DNA of 58,999 nucleotides from a bacterium (GTDB lineage: Bacteria; Electryoneota; B3-LCP), in contig JAHJDJ010000372.1 in the NCBI GenBank assembly GCA_018812585.1, forward strand, positions 1 to 58,999. Reading direction: 5' to 3'. Position numbers and translations under genes: made by a program. Below the pieces are notes generated by a model. That model searched no databases. It had not been told where the DNA came from and was given only the letters and a program-made list of their open reading frames with translations. This document shows positions 1 through 11,732 of this stretch, piece by piece. How positions within the stretch are numbered: position 1 is the first letter of the stretch; each line of letters starts with the position of its first letter.

Positions 1-118
1 ACCGGCAGGCTCGCACACCTTCACCTTTAACGCGGTGCATCTGCCCAGCGGGATTTATTTCGTGCGGGTGTCAGCGGGAGGCGTTCAGCAGGTGAAAAAG
101 ATGGTGCTAATAAAGTAG
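1..118 (+). CDS. 3' end of a secreted protein carrying a T9SS (Por) C-terminal sorting domain (5'-truncated by window edge)
   Basis: Frame starting at nt 2 translates to ...HTFTFNAVHLPSGIYFVRVSAGGVQQVKKMVLIK*, the same C-terminal motif family (YxYRL/V..., KKMxLIK) seen on four other proteins in this window. Confidence 0.6.
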   Translation, partial: PAGSHTFTFNAVHLPSGIYFVRVSAGGVQQVKKMVLIK

Positions 119-164
119 CATTCAGCCATGTCTGACTCCGGACAAGCCGGAGTGACATGATTCA

Positions 165-222
165 ACAGTCAGATTCTGGATGCCATTGGCACAGACCAGC
201 CAGAATGACGGGCTTTTTTAAT
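165..222 (+). terminator. Rho-independent terminator-like hairpin followed by a T-run
   Basis: GTCAGATTCTGG...CCAGAATGAC imperfect stem followed by GGGCTTTTTT, immediately downstream of the truncated CDS; a second GC hairpin (GGGGCTG...CAGCCCC) at about 231-268. Confidence 0.45.
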
Positions 223-298
223 AATGCAACGGAGGGGGCTGCCCCAAGCGCTTTTGAGACAGCCCCGTTTGGTTATATATCATTAAAGAAGGTTCAAT

Positions 299-1195
299 TT
301 AGTGGAAACTGGTGGCGAAATTGACATCCTCAAACTGAGTCAATCTTTTTAACTGTTTGGTTTGTAATTCCCAGTAATAGACGTCACGTTTCAGGTCTTT
401 ATCTTCCAGGACAAGAATGTACCCGGAACCGTCTTTGGCCCATCCTAAGTCGACGACCCGATTAATTATTTCACTGAATTCCAGCAACAGACGAGGTTCG
501 CCATCCGGCATATCAAATCCCCAGATCTGAGTCTTTCCAGCCTCTTGGTTGATAAAAGCTAACAGTCTGCTGTCCGGTGAGAACCGCGGGCGGCTGAAGG
601 GACCATCAAACTTCCGATAACGTTCAGACGACGGGTACTTGTAAAGACCGATACCTTCTGGTATGTCCAACCCATAAACGCCACTGATCCACCTCTGGTC
701 AGGCGACGCATCGGGTGTTATGGCAGATATTCCCAGCGGCCGGTCGCGGCGCACTTCTTTGATAGTTTCCCAGATTTCAGAACTCGTGGCGAAGGGAGTA
801 TTGTCACGCCAAAAAATAGCGCGCCCCGGCATATTACCTGCTGATGGTCCGCGGGCAAAATGATTGCCGGTAAACTGTTGTATCGAACCGCCATCCCGGG
901 GGATAAGAAAGAGGTCGTATAATGTGGAAAAACCTGACCAATCCCTCGTCTCTTCGAGGCCTGTAACAAATTTACGGGTGAAACAGATATTTTCCTGATC
1001 CAACCAGCAGAGTTCCAAAACATCGCCAGTCGAAGTGAGTTTCTCGATTTCCTTACTGTTCCTGATGATATATATATCTCCCTGACGCTGCAATGCAATG
1101 GGGTAAGGGTTGGCTATTCGTGCAGAACAGGATGAAACAACGCCCAGTGAGACTATGACGAAAGAGACAAGCAAAAGCGATTTTAAGAGTTGCAT
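299..1195 (-). CDS. TolB-like / PD40 beta-propeller lipoprotein
   Basis: Signal peptide with lipobox VSSC; PD40-type repeat motifs (RFSPDSRLLAF, ...DGS...) across 298 aa. Confidence 0.5.
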   Translation of the reverse strand: MQLLKSLLLVSFVIVSLGVVSSCSARIANPYPIALQRQGDIYIIRNSKEIEKLTSTGDVLELCWLDQENICFTRKFVTGLEETRDWSGFSTLYDLFLIPRDGGSIQQFTGNHFARGPSAGNMPGRAIFWRDNTPFATSSEIWETIKEVRRDRPLGISAITPDASPDQRWISGVYGLDIPEGIGLYKYPSSERYRKFDGPFSRPRFSPDSRLLAFINQEAGKTQIWGFDMPDGEPRLLLEFSEIINRVVDLGWAKDGSGYILVLEDKDLKRDVYYWELQTKQLKRLTQFEDVNFATSFH

Positions 1196-1206
1196 ATTTT
1201 TTCCAT

Positions 1207-2055
1207 TTAATCTTCTTCACCTGTCAGCAGAGTGATTAACGCCTGATTCCAGCCGATCTGTCCTGGATAACGGGTAAATTTCATATTACGCCGGCCAATT
1301 CGCCCATCGAAGAGACCATCTGCTTGCCGCACTAAAACCGGTTCATCGACGGTGTAAAGCATCGGGGCATCCATCCAGGTGGCGCCAATGCCTATGGTGA
1401 CGATCTCATCAGAGTTATACTCTTCGCGGTAGATCTGAGTCAGAAACCGCATTGCTGATCCTTCATCGTGATCTGCGGTGATGATCGAACTATCATCTTT
1501 TTCTTTAATGCGGAGATGAAGATCTTCTATCTGAGCGATGAAGTTATCTCGACTGTCATCATCTGCATGTATTCTGATAGCAACGCTATATTCGCGTTGG
1601 CAGCACAGTTCGAACTGCTGTTGGGTCAAAGGAGCTTTTTGCTCGTCGACATCACCATCTTCCAATTCTATTAAACACTCGAATTTCAGGTTGTGTTTCT
1701 GGCGAATTTCACTTATTGCTTTATAGATATCATAAGCAGGCAGACCAAATTCAATGATGAACCAATCGTCAAGTTTGCGGTGGTAATTGAATTCAGTCCG
1801 AAAGCAGCCAGAGGGAATCGCCAAGGCAGCTCCGCATTCGGCGATGAATGGATATGTCAAGTTCAGATGACGGATGATTGCTGTAGTTTCCGGTATCGTT
1901 CTATCACTGGTGATGATAAGGGGGATACTATCGCGCTGCAGATGATCCAACGCATGGAGAATTTCCTTTATATCGAATGAGCCGAATTGCAGCAGGGCTC
2001 CTTCAACACCGGTAAAGACGATGACATGTTTTTCTGGCGTATTGGTTGAAGGCAT
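1207..2055 (-). CDS. HAD-IIB (YedP / mannosyl-3-phosphoglycerate phosphatase-like) family protein with degenerate catalytic motifs, a probable pseudo-enzyme
   Basis: N-terminal VIVFTGVEGALL aligns to the HAD motif I VIVFTDLDGTLL, but both aspartates are replaced (G, E). C-terminal GIGATWMDAPML aligns to motif IV GDGxNDxPML with its aspartates lost. Confidence 0.5.
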   Translation of the reverse strand: MPSTNTPEKHVIVFTGVEGALLQFGSFDIKEILHALDHLQRDSIPLIITSDRTIPETTAIIRHLNLTYPFIAECGAALAIPSGCFRTEFNYHRKLDDWFIIEFGLPAYDIYKAISEIRQKHNLKFECLIELEDGDVDEQKAPLTQQQFELCCQREYSVAIRIHADDDSRDNFIAQIEDLHLRIKEKDDSSIITADHDEGSAMRFLTQIYREEYNSDEIVTIGIGATWMDAPMLYTVDEPVLVRQADGLFDGRIGRRNMKFTRYPGQIGWNQALITLLTGEED

Positions 2056-2250
2056 AGGGACCGTGAAATTGCGAGATTAAACTATACTATTCAATTTAAT
2101 CCTTTTATGCTAAAAGTCAAGGGGTTAAGATTCTTTTTCAGCTTTATCTGCTTAGGACGAGGAAAACTGTAAAAGCGCTTGCAGATGAGTAGTTAAATTG
2201 GTTATTTTATAAAACTATCGACTTTAAATGCGAGCTAGTCAAGAAATAAG

Positions 2251-4592
<2,342 letters not shown>

Positions 4593-4596
<4 letters not shown>

Positions 4597-5186
4597 AAAC
4601 TCAATACCAGGCTCAGTTTGTAGGCGGGTCGATGAACCCGATTGGACTGAAACGCAAGCCGCTGCCGGAAATTATCTTTCTGGGGCGTTCCAATGTGGGG
4701 AAATCGTCTCTCATAAACTGCCTGTTGAATCATAAAAAATTGGCCAGAACCAGTTCGACGCCCGGCAAAACCCGCCTCTTCTTTTTTTATGAAATAGAGG
4801 AGAAACTGCTTTTTGTCGATCCACCGGGATTTGGTTATGCAAAGGTTTCTCGCGAAGAACGAGCCCGCTGGCTGCAAGAGATGGAGCGTTATTTACGAGA
4901 AGCGGAGATGCTGCTCGGCGTCATCTTGATCATGGACGTACGACACGCTCCCACCTCCATCGATTATGATATGGCTGAATGGTTGGCAGGACAGCAAATT
5001 CGCACGGCCTACGCCTTGAATAAGATTGATAAGCTGTCCAGAAGTAAACTAAATCAATCCCTGAACCGATTCGAAGCGATGATCGATTTCCCCAACTCAG
5101 GAATTGCAGTGCCCTTTTCCGCTCAAAACAAAACTGGAAGATCAGAATTATGGTCAGTCATCGATCAATGGCGGGAACTGATTTGA
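4593..5186 (+). CDS. engB: Ribosome biogenesis GTPase EngB/YsxC (YihA)
   Basis: 197 aa; G1 motif GRSNVGKSSLIN; DPPGFGYA; 4-nt ATGA overlap with lon stop. Confidence 0.9.
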
Positions 5187-5218
5187 TTCAGATTACAAAC
5201 TTTTTTAGCTGATACGAA

Positions 5219-5249
5219 AAAACGGCTTGACTTAGCCGTTTTTTTTTGG
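5219..5249 (+). terminator. Rho-independent terminator
   Basis: AACGGCT-TGACTT-AGCCGTT hairpin followed by TTTTTTTTT, directly after the engB stop. Confidence 0.8.
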
Positions 5250-5307
5250 TAATTTAATAGTCTATAGACGGTTTACTTTCGCGGTTTAAACGAGTCTGGA
5301 GGAGCAG

Positions 5308-6441
5308 ATGAAAATTGTGAAAAGCATCCCACTGTTTATGGTGGTAATTGTATTGCTTACAAGCATTTGCAGCGCCGCAGATAGTTGGACGGTTTTATAC
5401 AGATCGCCCGGCCAGATACAAGCGATGTCACTGCTTACAGATCAAAGGGTTATGATTGCCGAAGAGATGCGGCTGATCACTGTGCAGAAGGATTCCAATC
5501 CACAGGCAGTGAACTTTGCCGCTAATGAGCGTTGCTTCGTTGCTTCGGACGGCTCTTGTTATGCTGTAATCCGATATGAAGGCGGAGCAGAAGTCGTCAG
5601 CGCTGCTATGGTAACTCTGTTCAGATCAGATGGCCAGCCACAATGGACGATCGGAAAGCACTTAATGAATGATATCGTTCCGCTGAGGAATGGCGGTGCG
5701 GTGGCGGCTCATCGCAACATCAGCATTAAACAGAACTTTGTGTATTTCATCGATTCCAGCGGCAGAATTGTCAAGCAGATCGAAATTGCGGCGCTGGGAC
5801 AAATTATGGCATCACCGACAGGCGACCGGATTCTGATTAGCAGTGGGGTAGAGGGTGCGCTGCTGTTCGATCATCAGGGAGTCATGATCTCAAAGTTGGA
5901 TGAAGCCTACCGCATGGCATTTTCTGATGATGGTCGTTGGTGTGCTCTGCTTTACGGCCCGAATGTGAAAATCTACAACGAAGGGACTCCGGTTTATGCT
6001 GGAAACCTCGGCGGGGAATTGCCCAGAGGCGTCTCGTTCAACGGAGATAACAGTCGTTTGGCTGCGTTCACGGATCACGGTCTGTTTATACTTAGCATCC
6101 CGAGTGGCAAGATTCTGATGCAGCGCCAATTGGATACAAATGAGCAATTGTCCTTCAGCAGCATTGACATAATGGCAGACGGCAGTTTAATCGCAGCAGG
6201 TGTAGAAAGAGATTTGGGATCCAGCGTAAAAGGACCAGAGCGTCACCCCGACGGCGAGATCCGGTTATATGATCCAAAAGGCACAATGCTCCACCAGCAA
6301 CCGATATCGTACACCGCCTGGAATACAACCACGCCGCGTGTCAGGTTCGGGAATGATGATGAAAATCTTTTTGTACTGACCAGAGACGAGGTACTTCAGG
6401 CAGCCGTTACTGATCTCAGCGGAAAAGGAGGTGTGCGATGA
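5308..6441 (+). CDS. Secreted hypothetical protein (signal peptide), translationally coupled to the downstream M23/M14 peptidase
   Basis: GGAGGA SD 5 nt upstream of ATG; N-terminal signal peptide MKIVKSIPLFMVVIVLLTSICSA; stop overlaps the next start (ATGA). Confidence 0.6.
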   Translation: MKIVKSIPLFMVVIVLLTSICSAADSWTVLYRSPGQIQAMSLLTDQRVMIAEEMRLITVQKDSNPQAVNFAANERCFVASDGSCYAVIRYEGGAEVVSAAMVTLFRSDGQPQWTIGKHLMNDIVPLRNGGAVAAHRNISIKQNFVYFIDSSGRIVKQIEIAALGQIMASPTGDRILISSGVEGALLFDHQGVMISKLDEAYRMAFSDDGRWCALLYGPNVKIYNEGTPVYAGNLGGELPRGVSFNGDNSRLAAFTDHGLFILSIPSGKILMQRQLDTNEQLSFSSIDIMADGSLIAAGVERDLGSSVKGPERHPDGEIRLYDPKGTMLHQQPISYTAWNTTTPRVRFGNDDENLFVLTRDEVLQAAVTDLSGKGGVR

Positions 6442-9400
6442 GAGACTCAAAAATGACATTGAAATTATACGCACTAACCTGCGCGGTTCTGCTACTTGCA
6501 ACGTCAGGTTCTGCTATACCGTGGATGTTTCAGCCGATGAATGAGATTCATTCGCTGAGCAACAATTACATGGAGTTGCAGAATTACGGTTACAACTACT
6601 ATCACGACGGCATAGACGTAATAAAACCGTCTGGCGGTGAACCGACTTACAGCGTTTCAGATGGTTACATGACGCATGAAAGCTATGGAACCATGTACGG
6701 TGGTTTGATGATCGGCGATGAATACATCGCCGGCGACGATGGATGGCTGTACTGGCACCTGCCCAGCAGCACCTTCCAATTCAATGTGGGCGATAGGATT
6801 TTAGAGGGTGATTATATCGGCGATATCGCCACCTGGTCTGTCTATGAGTTTCACCATGTCCATTTCAATAAAGTCGTGGGCACTGGCGGTTTACCCTGGA
6901 GCTGGTATCAGTCAACCGATAATCCGTTGGTCCTCATTGAGCCCAACACCGATCCTCAGCCGCCTTCCATTTATAACGCGGTGGGATCAAACTTGCTGGC
7001 GTTCTGTGTGGATAACACCTCAAGTTATCTGAATCCCAGCAACCTTTCGGGCAACGTCGATATCATTAGCAAGATCGGTGATTTGATCTATAATGCAGAC
7101 TGGGAGGTCGCGCCCTACAAAATAGAATACTCCATAAACGGAGCTAACATCTACCATCATCAGTTGGGATTTCTGTTTGAAGGGATTCTTCCTCCGGAAA
7201 ATACGATCACATCGGTGGTATATAAGGATGATGCCACCTGCAATAGTTCAGGAAATTATACTGAGCGCGATTTCTTCTTCAGTGTCACCAATCATGATGC
7301 TGACGCTGTTGTCGAAGCAACCGATAACGCAGGACATTGGAATACGGCCGGTTTTCCTGCGGGACAGTATTGGGTCGCGGTTCATACCTCGGACGTGGGA
7401 GGAAATGCCGTCTCAGATTCCATGCAGGTGATCGTCCTGGATGCTCCGGATTACAACGTCACGGTCGACCTTACGCCGATCAGTTCGACGCAGATCCCAT
7501 CTTCGGGTGGAAGGGTGACCTATTCAGTCGCGATCAATAATTATGAAACCTCGACCGTCAACTTTGATGCCTGGCTGGATTTGACCTACCCTGGTGGAAG
7601 TATCGAAATAGTAGCGCTTAGAAATTTAACAGTGCCTGCAGGCGGCAGTATCTTCCGTGAACTTGCAGTAACGATTGCAGGATCAGAGCCGGATGGCAAT
7701 TACTTCTTCGCTGGCAACGTTGGATATCAGCCGTACAATCCCTGGCAAACCGACGGTTTCGATATTCAAAAAGGAACCAATGGGCTTACCGGACCGTGGG
7801 TGGACGAGACAATTGCTGCGGGTTGGGATCAGCTCTGCGAAGATCTGGAAAACCTGCCGCCGGAAAAGTGTACGTTGGCTCGTGTCCCTTATAAAGTGCG
7901 CTTGACTGGACCTAAGACTCTAAGTGAGTTAACTGCCCTGAAACTGGACGTTGTGCGTGCTTCAGTTGGCGATGAACCAACCGTGGAGGTTTTCCTGAAT
8001 CCCGCTGAAGTGTCTCTACTTAAAAGTCTGGGCTACCGCGTCGAAGAGATGCCTTATCAGGCAAGGGAGATGTTCCTCAAGCTGAAGAATGAACCAGATG
8101 GCGGTAATCCCATGCGGGAGTATCACAGCTACGATGAGATTGTCTCTGAATTGCAGAATATCGCCTCTGCTAACCCAGACATCTGTCTGCTGCATAATGC
8201 GGGAACATCAGAGCAGGGGAGAGTGCTCTGGTTCATGCAGATTTCCGATAATATCGGCACTCAAGAAGATGAGCCTGAAGTCTTGTATATTTCCACCATG
8301 CACGGTGATGAGCCGGTGGGGATGGAGATGTGCATGTATTTCATCAACCTGCTGGTAGATCGATATGGGATTGATCCTGAGATCAACGCTTTGGTCGATG
8401 ATAACGAACTCTGGATCATGCCTCTGATGAATCCCGATGGCTATGTCATGGGGCAGAGGTACAACGCCAACGGCGTCGACCTGAATCGTAATTTCCCGGA
8501 TCGCGTCGATGATCCCGTCAATACTACTGCGGGACGAGCGGTTGAAACGGCAAACGTCATGAACTGGAGTTTCGACCACCAGCCGATCCTATCAGCTAAT
8601 TTCCATACCGGCGCACTGGTTGTGAATTACGTTTGGGATCATAGCTTTGATCCTCAGGCTAATGCTGCCTATACTGACGATCAGGACCTGGTGCTGGCTT
8701 CGGCGGAAACCTACTCGTTCTACAATACTCCCATGTGGAACAACAATTTCGGATCATTTAATAATGGCACGGTCAACGGAGCTGACTGGTATCAGATTTC
8801 GGGCGGAATGATGGATTGGAATTACCATTGGATGGGCGATCTGGACAATACCATCGAATTATCGAACATCTCCTGGCCGGGATCGGGTGAGCTGCCGCAA
8901 TACTGGGAAGAAAACCGCCAGTCGATGATTGAGTACATTAATTTCAATCATCGCGGTGTCAGAGGTATCGTCAGGGATGTCAGCACAAATTTACCACTGC
9001 TGGCTGAAATTGACGTTGTCGGCAGAGATTTTACCATTTACACCGACCCGGACGTTGGCGATTATCACCGGATGTTAATGCCGGGGGTCTACGACCTTGA
9101 AATCAGCAGTTTCGGTTACTGGACTGCGGATCCTTTCGGGATTATTGTGACTGAAGGTGATCCAACTGTCTATGACGTCTACTTAGAACCTGCCGATCAG
9201 ATTGATTTCAGCGGGACACTGCATCATCCCGCAGGCTCAGGACTTTCAGCTCGCCTGTATCTACTGGATACACCTTATGATCCCGTGGAAACTGATGCAA
9301 ACGGCGATTTTACCTTCACGAATGTCTATGAAGGGGAATACACCCTGCGGATCAACAACCTGGACGATAATTCGGTTATCGATATTCCCATAACGCTGGA

Positions 9401-10574
9401 AACTGGAATGACGCCATTGGAACTCTGGGGACCTGTTGCCGCATTTTATGACGGCTTTGAGTCTGGCATAGGCAACTGGACGGCTCAAGGTAGCTGGGGA
9501 ATTTCTGGTAATGCTTACGCTGGTAATCAATCTGCAGCGGACAGTCCCGGTGGCGATTACGGCAACAATCAGAATATCAGCCTGACTAAAAACAGCGCCA
9601 TCAGTCTGGCAGATTACGATTATATCTCGCTGGCCTACCAGATCACCTTCAACTGTGAATCAAACTACGATTCGCTGTTTGCAGAAGTCTCTCTGAATGG
9701 ATCTACCTGGGAAAAGGCCAATGCACACAATAGCCGTCAGGATTGGTGGTCATTGGAGGTGGTTAACCTCGACGATTTCGCGGGATCTGATCTGCATCTG
9801 CGCTATCGCCTGCAGACCGATGGCAGTGTCACGCGAGATGGTGGATTCATCGATGAAGTCCATGTGGGTGTGGCCAGCACTACGCCGATTACTCAGACTG
9901 TTATAGTTACGCTGACGCCCTCCGGAATGCCGATACAAATTCCAGCTGCAGGCGGCAATGTGGATTATAATATCGAGATCGCTAACAACGGCGGCTCATC
10001 TGCAGCCTTTGCGGTCTGGTGCGACGTCATTCTGCCATCTGGAACAAATTACGGTCCGTTACTGGGTCCGGTCAATGTGACACTGGGCGCGGGTCTCTTC
10101 GCTGATCGTGACAGAACTCAGGTTGTCCCCGGCGGCGCTCCTGCGGGAACCTACACGTACAATGGTTATGTGGGTCAATATCCAGACGTCATCTGGTCAG
10201 AGGATAACTTCGATTTTGAGAAACTGGGGTTGGACGGATCTGGAATGGATGGCTGGATTAACTTCGGTGAAGACTTCGACACTGTAGCTGAAGTGGTGCA
10301 GGTCTTGCCTGATAATTACGCACTGGCGCAGAATTATCCGAATCCCTTCAATCCGACGACGCAGATTCACTTCGCACTGCCGAATGCTGGAAATGTCAGC
10401 CTGAAGGTTTTCAACACGGCGGGGCAATTGGTAGCAACGCTGGTCGATGGTCACAGGCAGGCAGGTTGGCATGAAGTCACCTGGGATGCCGGTAAACTGG
10501 CAACAGGATTGTACGTCTATCGCCTGCAGGCAGGTGATCAGGAGTTTGTCAAGAAGGCAATCCTGATCAAGTAA
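6438..10574 (+). CDS. Multidomain secreted peptidase: N-terminal M23-like domain + M14 zinc carboxypeptidase domain + jelly-roll/MAM-like modules + T9SS C-terminal sorting domain
   Basis: AAAGGAGGTG SD; signal peptide; M23 motifs HDGID and HHVHF; M14 motifs HGDEPVG (HxxE), NRNF and HTGALVVNY; C-terminus LPQNYPNPFNPTTQIHF...GLYVYRLQAGDQEFVKKAILIK. Confidence 0.8.
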   Translation: MRDSKMTLKLYALTCAVLLLATSGSAIPWMFQPMNEIHSLSNNYMELQNYGYNYYHDGIDVIKPSGGEPTYSVSDGYMTHESYGTMYGGLMIGDEYIAGDDGWLYWHLPSSTFQFNVGDRILEGDYIGDIATWSVYEFHHVHFNKVVGTGGLPWSWYQSTDNPLVLIEPNTDPQPPSIYNAVGSNLLAFCVDNTSSYLNPSNLSGNVDIISKIGDLIYNADWEVAPYKIEYSINGANIYHHQLGFLFEGILPPENTITSVVYKDDATCNSSGNYTERDFFFSVTNHDADAVVEATDNAGHWNTAGFPAGQYWVAVHTSDVGGNAVSDSMQVIVLDAPDYNVTVDLTPISSTQIPSSGGRVTYSVAINNYETSTVNFDAWLDLTYPGGSIEIVALRNLTVPAGGSIFRELAVTIAGSEPDGNYFFAGNVGYQPYNPWQTDGFDIQKGTNGLTGPWVDETIAAGWDQLCEDLENLPPEKCTLARVPYKVRLTGPKTLSELTALKLDVVRASVGDEPTVEVFLNPAEVSLLKSLGYRVEEMPYQAREMFLKLKNEPDGGNPMREYHSYDEIVSELQNIASANPDICLLHNAGTSEQGRVLWFMQISDNIGTQEDEPEVLYISTMHGDEPVGMEMCMYFINLLVDRYGIDPEINALVDDNELWIMPLMNPDGYVMGQRYNANGVDLNRNFPDRVDDPVNTTAGRAVETANVMNWSFDHQPILSANFHTGALVVNYVWDHSFDPQANAAYTDDQDLVLASAETYSFYNTPMWNNNFGSFNNGTVNGADWYQISGGMMDWNYHWMGDLDNTIELSNISWPGSGELPQYWEENRQSMIEYINFNHRGVRGIVRDVSTNLPLLAEIDVVGRDFTIYTDPDVGDYHRMLMPGVYDLEISSFGYWTADPFGIIVTEGDPTVYDVYLEPADQIDFSGTLHHPAGSGLSARLYLLDTPYDPVETDANGDFTFTNVYEGEYTLRINNLDDNSVIDIPITLETGMTPLELWGPVAAFYDGFESGIGNWTAQGSWGISGNAYAGNQSAADSPGGDYGNNQNISLTKNSAISLADYDYISLAYQITFNCESNYDSLFAEVSLNGSTWEKANAHNSRQDWWSLEVVNLDDFAGSDLHLRYRLQTDGSVTRDGGFIDEVHVGVASTTPITQTVIVTLTPSGMPIQIPAAGGNVDYNIEIANNGGSSAAFAVWCDVILPSGTNYGPLLGPVNVTLGAGLFADRDRTQVVPGGAPAGTYTYNGYVGQYPDVIWSEDNFDFEKLGLDGSGMDGWINFGEDFDTVAEVVQVLPDNYALAQNYPNPFNPTTQIHFALPNAGNVSLKVFNTAGQLVATLVDGHRQAGWHEVTWDAGKLATGLYVYRLQAGDQEFVKKAILIK

Positions 10575-10596
10575 AGATTGGATGTTAGAAATAAGA

Positions 10597-10628
10597 AAGC
10601 GCAGGTTGTCCTCCTGCGCTTTTTTTGT
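10597..10628 (+). terminator. Rho-independent terminator
   Basis: AAAGCGCAGG-TTGTCC-CCTGCGCTTT followed by TTTTTG, 22 nt after the stop of the 1378-aa gene. Confidence 0.8.
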
Positions 10629-10800
10629 TACGTGGGCTGATGTGCCTTTCCCGTTGCGACAGGTCCTGACTACCGCAGGTAGTTGTGATCTGACGCTAAC
10701 CTCCTCCACGGAAAACTGGCAGACGAGGGCGTCTGCCAGCACAGAGTCTACCAGCACAGACAACAAGGGGCTTCTACCTTTTCAACGGGGTCAGGGACGA

Positions 10801-10841
10801 CCCCGATTACGGATCGTTTTGTCTGCCCCGATTACGGATCG
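10801..10841. repeat. Two exact copies of the 16-mer CCCCGATTACGGATCG with a 25-bp period inside a structured non-coding region
   Basis: Copies at 10801-10816 and 10826-10841; each contains a CGAT...ATCG mini-palindrome; flanked by hairpins at 10716-10739 and 10787-10804. Confidence 0.6.
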
Positions 10842-10882
10842 ACGTACCGAATGTCGTCTGTGCTTCTTTTTCAAGGCTTAAA

Positions 10883-11731
10883 TTATTTCGTCTGGGTTTT
10901 CCCCTGTGCCAACAGCTTATCAATGAGCGTGGCTGGTTTCGCTTTTTCGGTTTCGCCGTTCTCTGCTTTTTCAAACAGGATCTTCTGCAGTTGATTCTTC
11001 AAGCGTTCGCCGTCATAATCCCGCCCCAGGAAAGCGCCCTCGCGAGCTAAGGATATTTTTCCAGTTTCTTCCGAAACGACGATAACAGTGGCGTCGGCCT
11101 CCTCAGTCATTCCTAACGCGGCCCGGTGGCGTGTTCCCATAGTTGGATCAATTGCAGGGCTGTCACTGAGAGGCAGAATACATTTGGCGGCCTGGATGAT
11201 ATCTCCACGAATGATCACAGCGCCGTCATGCAGCGGCGTTCTGGGGAAGAAGATAGATACTATTAAATCTGCAGTCACGTCAGCGCCTATATTGACACCT
11301 GTTTCGATGATGCCTCGGATGCCCGTTTCACCTTGCAGGACGATCAGCCCACCGTAGCGCTTCTGAGCTAACATCACAGCAGACCGCACCAATTCATCGA
11401 TGGTTGAAGTGCCGCGCTCTTTTACGATAGCTCTGACCAGGCGCGTCTGGCCTAACTGCACCAGAAGCCTGCGAAGTTCCGGCTGAAAGACGATTACGAA
11501 GGCGATCACCCAGACCGTGGCGACGGATTGGATCAACCAGGTCATCCCCTGCATTCCTAAAAATTGCACAAGAAAAGAAGCCACGAAAATTAAAATCAAG
11601 CCGGCAAACATCTGAGATGCACGCGTGCCTTTCATAATCAGATAAAGCTGATAGAAAACGGTGAAAACTGCCAGGATGTCGAACATGTCGATAATGGTGA
11701 AGCGGAGGAAGCCGATACGGAAGAGTTCCAT
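10883..11731 (-). CDS. cdaA: Diadenylate cyclase CdaA (DisA_N domain; c-di-AMP synthase), membrane-anchored
   Basis: Three N-terminal TM helices; DAC-domain motifs LHDGAVIIRGD and TRHRAALG. Confidence 0.9.
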   Translation of the reverse strand: MELFRIGFLRFTIIDMFDILAVFTVFYQLYLIMKGTRASQMFAGLILIFVASFLVQFLGMQGMTWLIQSVATVWVIAFVIVFQPELRRLLVQLGQTRLVRAIVKERGTSTIDELVRSAVMLAQKRYGGLIVLQGETGIRGIIETGVNIGADVTADLIVSIFFPRTPLHDGAVIIRGDIIQAAKCILPLSDSPAIDPTMGTRHRAALGMTEEADATVIVVSEETGKISLAREGAFLGRDYDGERLKNQLQKILFEKAENGETEKAKPATLIDKLLAQGKTQTK

Positions 11732-11732
11732 C

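Noticed and set aside
10197-10766. 189-aa minus-strand ORF overlapping the 3' end of the M23/M14 gene
   Set aside because: It is antisense to the T9SS C-terminal domain coding region and crosses the gene's terminator, so it is a shadow ORF.
10801-10841. Possible CRISPR array
   Set aside because: Only two copies of a 16-bp unit with a 9-bp spacer. This is far too short, and there are no cas genes; it is not CRISPR.
10582-10881. 99-aa ORF spanning the structured non-coding region
   Set aside because: Low-complexity, Ser/Thr/Arg-rich translation with no start context or domain features. It overlaps terminator hairpins and the duplicated 16-mer, so it is better explained as non-coding.
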